A stretch of 64,000 nucleotides of DNA. It comes from an uncultured euryarchaeote (lineage in GTDB: Archaea; Thermoplasmatota; Poseidoniia; Poseidoniales; Poseidoniaceae). The translations under genes and the position numbers were made by a program. Positions 12,301 through 20,619 of the stretch are shown in pieces. Below the pieces are notes generated by a model, which was given only the letters and a program-made list of their open reading frames with translations, was not told the DNA's origin and made no database searches. The stretch is from NCBI GenBank assembly GCA_937899865.1, contig CALBRH010000025.1, positions 44,176 to 108,175 on the forward strand, written 5' to 3'. How positions within the stretch are numbered: position 1 is the first letter of the stretch; every line of letters starts with the position of its first letter.

Positions 12301-12662
12301 CAAGCCTGATTAAAATTGCTCATTCCGTATTCTTCAATGGCTTCATTGGACATTAGATCCATGCGCTTTTGGACTTCGATTTCAACAGGTAGGCCATGAG
12401 TATCCCAGCCACCTTTTCGTTCGACCAAGAAACCTTCCATAGCTTTCCAGCGGCATACTAAATCTTTGTACGCACGTGCAACGACGTGATGTATTCCTGG
12501 CTTCCCATTAGCAGTTGGAGGACCTTCAAGAAAAATGAAAGGAGCGCCAGTTCTGCGTGATTCTATTGAATTTTGGAAGGCGTTTTCTTCACTCCATGTA
12601 TTCAGTAGCGCAGTTTCAAGCGCAACTGCGTCGAGTTCTCCGGCGGGTTTTGGCTTAGCCAT
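9375..12662 (-). CDS. ileS: Isoleucine--tRNA ligase (archaeal/eukaryote-like type)
   Basis: EGPPTANGKPGIHH (HIGH), GWDTHGLPVE, WTTTPWTLP, DWAISRERYWGTP, EGVDQTRGWF and KMSKS. Confidence 0.98.
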   Translation of the reverse strand: MAKPKPAGELDAVALETALLNTWSEENAFQNSIESRRTGAPFIFLEGPPTANGKPGIHHVVARAYKDLVCRWKAMEGFLVERKGGWDTHGLPVEIEVQKRMDLMSNEAIEEYGMSNFNQACRESVWTYESAWREMTERMAYWVDLDNPYVTLDNDYVESCWWALKQMFDKGLLYRGHKVLPYCPQTGTSYSSHEVALGYKEVEEPSVYVKFKLTDDDSSILAWTTTPWTLPGNVGLAVGPDVTYVKVRVSEAAANWSGSGGADIGETMILAKDLMKEVLRHNVEIVEEFPGSELVGRSYEPLFPSAVPRGDSETAWTVLSADWVTTTDGTGVVHTAVMYGEDDYNLGMEVGLPAFHTVGMDGAFVEGIHEQLDGRYVKECDQTIIDLLSAPNGSNGKGPQSGLLYREKAYLHDYPHCWRTDHPLLYYAMDSWFVRMTAVKEKLLEFNDGVEWAPDWVGEGRFGEWLRNVKDWAISRERYWGTPLPVWRCEDGQMKCIGSIEELQAEVAKANAAGFKNPECPDDVDLHRPIVDGFTLLSDNGKPMHREPFVMDCWFDSGCAPFAQWHHPFDGGETFNSSFPVDYICEGVDQTRGWFYTLLAVSTTVFDSPAYKRCLSLGLILDAEGKKMSKSKGNIVDPWDHFNREGADATRWYMVTAGAPWSPLKFDPNGVRETYAKMFLTLWNIYKFHADYAALDGFDPETNHITVEQRSPLDRWILSRLATVAKGYHDGFTNWNYHKACRELEDFVVNDLSNWYVRRSRRRLWDEAENTDKLACQNTLHEVLTTVCRLVAPVSPFMVDVIYRNLAGSTVHLADWPLGTPGSLDGATADSWDEEAANATATLPPQDLDLEEKMNLVRELAETGRRIRVDASRRQRLPCGDGWIVSGPDLAEFHDILAEELNVENISIETDLDRFQQIELAPNFRALAPRARGDVNSIAAEIRNADDPAAMLEQIKAGSLEIMGIQIEEGDVEVKRVEKSGFAASTIQVGQGDDSYHVSLVLDMNDTPELLSKGLARDITRRIQAKRKDLNLEIEATIELEVWMENAPELFKIDQDWIISETRANAAIFYPNGESPNSEIENFEVDEAKIYFKVS

Positions 12663-12802
12663 GACCCTGCGAGATAGGTTTTTGTCTTGAATCTCACCCT
12701 TGAATTAGTGGTAAAATTATTTGTTAACAGATTATAACTCAATCTAGGTATATTGATTATTGTAACGGTATGTTTGAAGTCCTTTCATACCTACGGTTGT
12801 AC

Positions 12803-15800
12803 ATGTCCGCCGCTACATCTTGGCGTAGTGCCCTGTTTTTGGCCATTCTTATGGCAATTATCGGGCCTTTGCAAATGACAGGTAATATTACTGCTAATTC
12901 AGCAGAATTCACCACATTAGCAGAAGAAAATACAGTTAAGTTTTCAACGATTGGAAATGACGAATTTATTCAATTGATTGGCGATGGCGCTGTTAACAAT
13001 GATTTCACTGTTGAAGTTCCAAGCACATCTCCAATTTCAGATTTGCAACTTAGCATTGAGCCATCTGTCATGCAAACACATTATGGATTCGTATGGAATA
13101 GTGATGCGATTTGGTCAAATGCAGATGCTACTAAAAATGGAACAGTTGTTGAGGTGAATTCACTAACTGGTTCAACAGCAGGAACCATCTGGGATTTCAA
13201 TACTGGATTACAAGGCTGGACTGTATCGAACCCAACCTTTGTTGGCCGATATACCAATACTTGTGGTGTTAATGGAACTTCAGGTGGTTCAATAAAGACT
13301 CAAGCGAATTATAACGCGCCTCATCATGCGACTTCACCGCGAGTTAATCTTGCTGGCGCTCAAAGCATGCCTTTACATGCTTGGGTTTTACAAGGCTCCT
13401 TTAATTGTGGAGAAGAGCCAGATACTAATGAAGATCTCCAAATTCAATATATTACTTCCAGTGGCAACTGGGTTACATTGAATACATGGGCAGGCTCAAC
13501 ATCAGGAGGGACCGCTCAGCAATGGTCAACCAATTTGCCTGCTGCTGCACTTCATTCGGCCACTCAAATTAGAATCAACCAAGTAAGTGGTTCAGGTGCG
13601 AGTGGTACATGTTGTGATTTTTGGTTTGTTGACGATGTTCATTTAGCATCTCCACCGGAATCTCACTGGATAAGTCCGACAATCGGTTGGGGGCAAGGTG
13701 CAGTACAACCGGTTTCAAGAAGCACATACGCACCAATATATCTCGATGCTGTCATTCCTCAAGGCGCTTTCCTAAATTGGTCAATACTTGATGCAAACGG
13801 TGTTGAAATCATGGGCGCCTCTGGTAGTAATGATGCTATGATACCACTCAATATGATAGATTATGAAGCGTATCCGTTGATAAGACTAAAATTAGAGTTT
13901 AGAGGTTCGCCTATCGGCACAGGAATTCCTATTCTACATTCGATTGCTGGAGACGGACAGATTCATACAAATTTCAGAGGTAGTATCCTAAATCAAGATT
14001 GGGAAGCTGCTTGTATGCAAGGTGGAACAGTTTCTTTTACAACAGGGGCAACTGCAACTGCGGATTGTAACTTGACTTCACCTTGGTATAACCCTCTAAG
14101 TCCCGCCAAAGGGATTACAGGAAACATAGAACTAACTAACGGAATTTTACAAATTCGTTATTCCGATTCGGCTAATTGGACTAATTTGACTTCTCCTACA
14201 TTTACCGATCAAAATGACGAAACAATATACCGGTATCAATTACGTGTGATTCATGATAATTCAAGTACAAATTCATGGAAATCTAGTTCACTTTCGTGGA
14301 CATTACTAAGCGGTAAACATCCAGCTGAACCTGCTATTGACTTTAATCAGGATGGATTTGTAGAATGGGGTGGCAGCGATAACAGAGTTGGCTCATGGGG
14401 CTGGCAAGACCGATTTGAAAATGGAGAAGAGATAATCTCAGTCACACCAGGGATTTCCGGAAGCGATAGTGTATCTGCATGGTTGCCACGAGACAATATC
14501 CAATCTTTTTCAGTCGGCGTGATGGCAGAGACTGGAGTGCTTACTGGAATATATTTGAGAGTTGCCAATCAACTGATTGCTAATTGGTCATATGATAGTG
14601 TCAAAAGTGCATACATTACACTAAATTCATCTCAACTTTACGCATTGAGTTATGCTGCCTCTACGGCATCTAGTGTTGGATTCTTAGGGTCTAATTTCGT
14701 GCAAATGGATTTTGAAGTCACCGGAACTGGTGGCATGAAGATGGCAGGATTATCTGTTCCTTATCCTGTATCTGTATATCTTGACTCTGATCAACAATCA
14801 CCGATGGTTTTGGGTATTAATGATGCAAGATCAACTCTTTCAGATGTTAATGGCCAGCACATTATCCCAGTCCCATTTGTCTCAGATACAGCAGGTGGAA
14901 TGATGGTTACTCTTGATGGAGTAAATTATTCATCCGATGTAGAGGTATTAAATTCCTATATGGAAGACCCAGTGCAAGTAATTACTACTAGCCAAAAATG
15001 GCATACAATGCACACTAATTTCAAAGTTAGTGCTTCGAATCCAGGTCTAGTTAGGCTCGATGTAGTCGGTGATAACAATCATGCAACATGGTTAATTCCA
15101 AGCGGGGGAGGTTCTCCAATTGGGCAAGGAGATAGCGAATTAGTAGAATTACATCCAACAAAATGGCTTAATTTCACTCAAAACGGTGATGACGTTAGTG
15201 TTGCGGTAAAATATCGAATTGAGCCAGGATGGGATGATGAAGAATATTTAACTGCATCAACAAGATTGGTTCTCTCCAACGGTGTAGTCTCAATTCCAGC
15301 AACCCATTCTTGGGGCAGCACTACCGGTGGCTCCAAAGCGTTGGAAAACGATTTGGAAATAAAAAGTGTCACATTTTCAACAGAACTTGGCGAATTGCCG
15401 AGTGATGAATATTATCTGCCAGCAGGGCAAGATGTTGATATTTCAGTCGATATTGGATTTGAAGGCTTGACTGGTAGTGAATCATTTGCCGATGGAGATG
15501 CATTGTTGTCATTGTATCAAGGCAGTAATGAAATTGCTAATACTACAATGCTTGATGTTGATATGTGGAATTATACCGATACAGTACCATTCACTAATGG
15601 AGTTCTAGATTGGCGAGTTGAAGTTGTATCACTTGCTGGCGGAGGAGTTACTGATGACGCAGTGCAAGAGAGAACGTTCTTTGCTGATTCTGTAGTTCCA
15701 TCTGTTTATTGGTCTAGTGTTGCAGCATACGATCACAGAGTTCCATCTTCCACTCAAACAATCCAAGTACAAATTACCGACCAACCATTACTTCCTTCAA

Positions 15801-17962
15801 ACATTGAAGCAATGGTTTGGCGAGAGTGGGTTAACGATTATGACTTCAATGGTCAACCAAGTCCAGATGAGTATGAGTCTTTCTCAAATGTATTGCTGCC
15901 TAATGATATGACTGCTTTTGTTGGGCAATACACAATATTGCTTGACGATAGTGGCGGTGTTATTGGTGACAAAGTTGCCGTTTATCTAACGGGTAATGAC
16001 GCCGCTGGCCATCCACTAGAAGATAATGGAACTGGTGAACAAGGAGACCACCTCTTCATGTATCAATTGAAGGCTGATGGTCCACCATCAATTCCTACTG
16101 CAGCATTTACTTGGGAAGGAGGTAGACAGACATGGCTTCACCCAATGATAACTTATGAATTCGATGTCATGATGAATGAACCTAATGGTGGCTCTGACTT
16201 AAGCGTCGTCGAAGTTCAATTAGCCTCACAGCAAAATAGTGATCAGTTGCCGATTTCTTGGGATTTCATGACCGGAGATTGTACTACGACTAGTCCACAT
16301 TTAGTTATCGAAGATTGTCAAATGGTTGGGCAAGATGGAATTGCAGGTCCATATGAAGAAGACATAACATTGAATGTAGAATTCCATTTGCTTTGGACGA
16401 TACCAGATTTAGGTGATACCAAACGTGAACCTAAATTGATTGTAATGGACCGTGCAGGTAATACCGACCAACAATCTTTCCCAACTTTGAGATGGCGTTC
16501 TTCTGGCGACATGTATATCCCTGACGAAACTATTCAACTAATTATCAATCAAGGAACTGTTGTAGAAGATGGTGCGAGAATTGCTCCAAGTAGTTCTTTT
16601 GAAGTATCTGGAGATGTATTATTCCAAGAAACCAATACAAGACCTGACTTTGATTGTCCTGTTAGTGTAATGTTTGATGGAGTCACCTATCCAACTACTG
16701 CAATCGATGGTTCATGGACTGCGGTTGTGACAGCTTCAGAAAACTCAGGCAAGAAAGCATTGACATGGGGTATAGATTGTATATCTGGGCAAGGAAATGA
16801 TGCCACAGATGAGTCAGACAATAGGTGGATTTTGATAGACGGAACAGGACCTACTCCAGTTGAAATTATTAATCCAAGACCTAATACGATTCTCGAAACT
16901 GAGGTGTATGAGGTAAGAGTTGCAATCAATGAAGAAGGTGGACTTGATGTCGAATCATTACAACTTGAGTGGTGGGTTGAAGACGCAGATACAGGAGATA
17001 GATTAGTCAGTGGTTTTGAGACTATGATGCTTGAGGGCGATGATATAGAAGGGACACAACTGGAAGTTTATGCCAATGTTGATTTGTCAGAGATTACTGA
17101 CACTATGATAGAAAAACGACTAATATTGTTCATTAAGATAAATGGAAGAGACCTTGCTGATAATGCAATAACTGGAATGAACGGCGCACCGTCTGGTAGC
17201 CAAATCGCTCAATGGGATCTTGAGTGGTTGAGGCCAGAATTCACTATTGGACCACTTGATGTGTCATATACTCGATTGATTCTTGAAGTTGGACAATCAA
17301 CTTCAGTTCAAGCTCTTGTTAGTAATATTGGTTCATTGGACGGAACTGTAGATGCTACTGCCTATGTCGTAAGATTAAACGGTACTAAAGAGGTCTTACA
17401 GAGGCCAAACATGGAGATTCCTGCAGAAGGAAAGGGACTAATCTCCATAGATTGGGTCCCAACAACTGAAGGTATACAGTGGATTGAAGTTGAACTTGAT
17501 AATGGTCAAACAGCCAAAGGCCCAACAGTAGATGTTCGACCTGCGAGAGAACAGGGTTTTGTCGAGAACTTATTCGGTGATGTAAATCCAATTATCGGAT
17601 CGGTAGTAGCGCTCATTTTCGTCTCAATTATTGCGACTTTACTGATTTGGGCAAGAAAGGCAACGAGAGGTAGAGGCTCTCGTTCTGAATATGATTGGGA
17701 TGAATATTCATCTGAAATCGATTATGATGACTACGATGATTACGAAGATGAAGGTGTAACTGAATACGAAGAACAGCGGTCAATCGAACCTGCTGCATCA
17801 GTAAGTGCTGCTTCAGCAGCCTTAACCGGTGGATCAGAGGCTACTACTGAAGAAGAAAACGATTGGGTAATGGGCGCTGACGGTTACTGGTGGTACCATG
17901 ACAAAGATACAAATGAATGGTGGTACAAAGACGAGAATGGCGACATTGTCAAATTTAGTTAA
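12803..17962 (+). CDS. Large secreted single-pass surface protein (beta-sandwich/CARDB-like domains, acidic aromatic cytoplasmic tail)
   Basis: Signal peptide from MSAATSWR; a CARDB-like domain (VQALVSNIGSLDGT) before the TM helix IIGSVVALIFVSIIATLLIWA; tail ends WVMGADGYWWYHDKDTNEWWYKD. The start could be 12770. Confidence 0.75.
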   Translation: MSAATSWRSALFLAILMAIIGPLQMTGNITANSAEFTTLAEENTVKFSTIGNDEFIQLIGDGAVNNDFTVEVPSTSPISDLQLSIEPSVMQTHYGFVWNSDAIWSNADATKNGTVVEVNSLTGSTAGTIWDFNTGLQGWTVSNPTFVGRYTNTCGVNGTSGGSIKTQANYNAPHHATSPRVNLAGAQSMPLHAWVLQGSFNCGEEPDTNEDLQIQYITSSGNWVTLNTWAGSTSGGTAQQWSTNLPAAALHSATQIRINQVSGSGASGTCCDFWFVDDVHLASPPESHWISPTIGWGQGAVQPVSRSTYAPIYLDAVIPQGAFLNWSILDANGVEIMGASGSNDAMIPLNMIDYEAYPLIRLKLEFRGSPIGTGIPILHSIAGDGQIHTNFRGSILNQDWEAACMQGGTVSFTTGATATADCNLTSPWYNPLSPAKGITGNIELTNGILQIRYSDSANWTNLTSPTFTDQNDETIYRYQLRVIHDNSSTNSWKSSSLSWTLLSGKHPAEPAIDFNQDGFVEWGGSDNRVGSWGWQDRFENGEEIISVTPGISGSDSVSAWLPRDNIQSFSVGVMAETGVLTGIYLRVANQLIANWSYDSVKSAYITLNSSQLYALSYAASTASSVGFLGSNFVQMDFEVTGTGGMKMAGLSVPYPVSVYLDSDQQSPMVLGINDARSTLSDVNGQHIIPVPFVSDTAGGMMVTLDGVNYSSDVEVLNSYMEDPVQVITTSQKWHTMHTNFKVSASNPGLVRLDVVGDNNHATWLIPSGGGSPIGQGDSELVELHPTKWLNFTQNGDDVSVAVKYRIEPGWDDEEYLTASTRLVLSNGVVSIPATHSWGSTTGGSKALENDLEIKSVTFSTELGELPSDEYYLPAGQDVDISVDIGFEGLTGSESFADGDALLSLYQGSNEIANTTMLDVDMWNYTDTVPFTNGVLDWRVEVVSLAGGGVTDDAVQERTFFADSVVPSVYWSSVAAYDHRVPSSTQTIQVQITDQPLLPSNIEAMVWREWVNDYDFNGQPSPDEYESFSNVLLPNDMTAFVGQYTILLDDSGGVIGDKVAVYLTGNDAAGHPLEDNGTGEQGDHLFMYQLKADGPPSIPTAAFTWEGGRQTWLHPMITYEFDVMMNEPNGGSDLSVVEVQLASQQNSDQLPISWDFMTGDCTTTSPHLVIEDCQMVGQDGIAGPYEEDITLNVEFHLLWTIPDLGDTKREPKLIVMDRAGNTDQQSFPTLRWRSSGDMYIPDETIQLIINQGTVVEDGARIAPSSSFEVSGDVLFQETNTRPDFDCPVSVMFDGVTYPTTAIDGSWTAVVTASENSGKKALTWGIDCISGQGNDATDESDNRWILIDGTGPTPVEIINPRPNTILETEVYEVRVAINEEGGLDVESLQLEWWVEDADTGDRLVSGFETMMLEGDDIEGTQLEVYANVDLSEITDTMIEKRLILFIKINGRDLADNAITGMNGAPSGSQIAQWDLEWLRPEFTIGPLDVSYTRLILEVGQSTSVQALVSNIGSLDGTVDATAYVVRLNGTKEVLQRPNMEIPAEGKGLISIDWVPTTEGIQWIEVELDNGQTAKGPTVDVRPAREQGFVENLFGDVNPIIGSVVALIFVSIIATLLIWARKATRGRGSRSEYDWDEYSSEIDYDDYDDYEDEGVTEYEEQRSIEPAASVSAASAALTGGSEATTEEENDWVMGADGYWWYHDKDTNEWWYKDENGDIVKFS

Positions 17963-17967
17963 CCACG

Positions 17968-19743
17968 GTGAGTCTTTTGTCCAAAATTATCGGCTTGTTA
18001 CAAATTGATTCTACAGTCGGTGATTTGGCAGGTAATGCAAAACGATTGGAATTGTTAGCAAATATCGCTAACCAAAACGGAGCCAAATTGGCAGTTGCTA
18101 CCGAGTTGGCAATCTGTGGCTATCCACCTCGTGATCTATTACTGCAACCAGATTTCATCACTACTTCATTTGAATCCGCTAAATCTCTGAATGTGGATAT
18201 TCCAGTACTTGTTGGGACTCCAGTTCCATCCGAGCACGAGAGGAATTTGCCTGCTAATGGGGTAGTACGTTCTGGATTACTAAACGCATCGCCAAATGGA
18301 GAAAACACCAATAGAGTGGTGGCCAAAAAACAACTTTTACCTTCATATGACGTTTTTGATGAAACAAGATATTTTTCACCGGCAAATCGTTCTGGTATTT
18401 GTCGCTCAATCGGTGATATTGACCTTGGAGTGACAATCTGTGAGGATGCTTGGCAAGCTGCGGGAATGACACCATCTACATATGGACAAGACCCAATCGA
18501 GAGCCTTGCTGAGTGGGGGCGACAAGGTGTAGCACTTGATGCTACGGTTAATCTTTCAGCCTCGCCGTACCACGCTGATAAAGTAAGTACAAGAATAGAA
18601 GTTTGTCGTACAGCCGCCCGTATTTTACAACATCCATTTTTACTGTCCAATCAAGTTGGAGGCAATGATGATTTGTTATTCGATGGTTGCTCATTGGTAG
18701 CATGGCCAAACGGTAGAGTAGTGGTTGCACCTGCTTGGCAAGAAGGAGTTTTACTGGTTGATTTAGAACAGCCAGATAACTGTAAATGGGTAGGTATGGA
18801 TAGTAGTGATGCGCTCTCAATTGGTAGTGATGAAATCAAATTCCTTGCTAGCGAATCAGATGGTCACGAAGATTCTGCATCATTAATCGAAGACATTACC
18901 GATGCTGTGATTACTGGACTTGCTGATTATTGTCGTAAATCTGGTATCAAAAAGATAGTTCTGGGATTATCAGGTGGTATCGATTCAGCTGTTGCTGCTT
19001 GTGTTGCATGTGCAGCAGTAGGTTCGAAAAATGTGCTTGGAATTGCGATGCCAAGTCGATTTTCATCACAACACTCACTGGATGATGCACAGTATACTGC
19101 TAATTCTCTTGGTATGGAATTCAAAATACAATCTATCGATGATATGCATTCGACATTGGAATCCCAAATCAGTAGCGTACTCGAAAATGGTAATCCCGTG
19201 GCATCTGAAAATATTCAGTCACGTTTGCGTGGAATAATTGTCATGGCTCATGCTAATGCGCAAAATAGAATGGCGATTGCAACCGGAAATAAATCCGAAC
19301 TCGCTCAAGGTTATTGCACATTATATGGCGATATGGCTGGAGGTTACACGCCACTTGGCGACTTGTATAAGATGCAGGTTTACGCCCTTGCAGAAATTTT
19401 CAATCAACGCGCAATAGCCATTGGCCAAGCGCCACCAGTGAATCAATCAACATTAACAAAACCACCATCTGCAGAGTTGGCACCAAATCAGAAAGATGAA
19501 GACTCATTACCGCCATATGAGGTATTGGATGAGATATTAAGACTCCATATTGAAAATACTATGGATGCAGATGATATTGTTAATGCGGGATATGACCGTT
19601 CTGTTGTAGTCGATGTACTTACTAGACTTGAGCGCAATGAGCACAAGCGCTGGCAAATGTCACCAGCACCTCGTGTGACTGGTAAAGCGTTTGGTCAAGG
19701 TTGGCGTAGACCATTAGCATCAAGACATGATTGGCGTGATTGA
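17968..19743 (+). CDS. nadE: Glutamine-dependent NAD+ synthetase
   Basis: Nitrilase domain (TELAICGYPP, KQLLPSYDVFDETRYF, TICED) fused to a synthetase domain (LGLSGGIDSAV, NIQSRLRG, ATGNKSE, GYCTLYGD). Confidence 0.96.
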   Translation: MSLLSKIIGLLQIDSTVGDLAGNAKRLELLANIANQNGAKLAVATELAICGYPPRDLLLQPDFITTSFESAKSLNVDIPVLVGTPVPSEHERNLPANGVVRSGLLNASPNGENTNRVVAKKQLLPSYDVFDETRYFSPANRSGICRSIGDIDLGVTICEDAWQAAGMTPSTYGQDPIESLAEWGRQGVALDATVNLSASPYHADKVSTRIEVCRTAARILQHPFLLSNQVGGNDDLLFDGCSLVAWPNGRVVVAPAWQEGVLLVDLEQPDNCKWVGMDSSDALSIGSDEIKFLASESDGHEDSASLIEDITDAVITGLADYCRKSGIKKIVLGLSGGIDSAVAACVACAAVGSKNVLGIAMPSRFSSQHSLDDAQYTANSLGMEFKIQSIDDMHSTLESQISSVLENGNPVASENIQSRLRGIIVMAHANAQNRMAIATGNKSELAQGYCTLYGDMAGGYTPLGDLYKMQVYALAEIFNQRAIAIGQAPPVNQSTLTKPPSAELAPNQKDEDSLPPYEVLDEILRLHIENTMDADDIVNAGYDRSVVVDVLTRLERNEHKRWQMSPAPRVTGKAFGQGWRRPLASRHDWRD

Positions 19744-19782
19744 ATTCGATGGTCATAAAAATCAACTGCTTTACCTCGGGTT

Positions 19783-20619
19783 ATGTCCGGCGAAGTTGTC
19801 AACATTGCAGGCTATCGGTTCACCGATATGCCTGACCGTGATGATTTACGACAGCCATTTAGAGACTTATGTGATAAATTAGACCTAAAAGGTACAATAC
19901 TACTGGCTCATGAAGGAATAAATTTCTTTCTTGCCGGAAGCAAAACAGCAATTGACTCATTTGTAACTTCTCTAGAAGAAGATGAACGATTTCGCGACAT
20001 TCCTCTCAAGATTTCATATTCTGATTATCAACCATTTCGTCGAATGAATGTTCGACTAAAAAAAGAGATTATTTCACTCGGTCTTGACCACATCAAACCG
20101 GCAGAAATGACTGGTGATGAGATTGATCCAATGGAATTTAAACAAATGCTCGATGCTGGAGAAGAGGTAGTTGTACTTGATACTCGTAACGAATATGAGT
20201 GCCGCATTGGAACTTTTGAGAATGCATTGGAACTTAACATACGCTCATTTAGAGACTTTCCTAAAGCGATTGAGGAAATTGATGAGGAACTCAAGGATAA
20301 GCCGGTAGTTATGTTTTGTACTGGTGGAATTCGATGTGAGAAAGCGAGTGTTGTCATGATGGATGCAGGTTTTTCTAATGTTAAACAGTTGAAAGGTGGT
20401 ATCCTTGGTTACTTCGAACAAGTCGGCGGCGATTATTGGAATGGCGATTGCTTTGTTTTCGATAGAAGAGTAGCAGTTAATCCTCAACTTGAGGAGACTG
20501 ATGTAGTACAATGCTATGCCTGTAGAGAACCATTACTTCTTGAAGAACAAAATACAGGTGAATATGTTATAGCTCAATCATGCCCGTATTGTTCAGGAAA
20601 GAATAACTCACCAAATTAG
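19783..20619 (+). CDS. trhO: Rhodanese-domain protein of the UPF0176/TrhO family (tRNA U34 hydroxylase)
   Basis: LKGTILLAHEGIN, VRLKKEII, LDTRNEYE, MFCTGGIRCEKA, GDCFVFDRRVAV and C-terminal Cys pairs. Confidence 0.85.
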   Translation: MSGEVVNIAGYRFTDMPDRDDLRQPFRDLCDKLDLKGTILLAHEGINFFLAGSKTAIDSFVTSLEEDERFRDIPLKISYSDYQPFRRMNVRLKKEIISLGLDHIKPAEMTGDEIDPMEFKQMLDAGEEVVVLDTRNEYECRIGTFENALELNIRSFRDFPKAIEEIDEELKDKPVVMFCTGGIRCEKASVVMMDAGFSNVKQLKGGILGYFEQVGGDYWNGDCFVFDRRVAVNPQLEETDVVQCYACREPLLLEEQNTGEYVIAQSCPYCSGKNNSPN

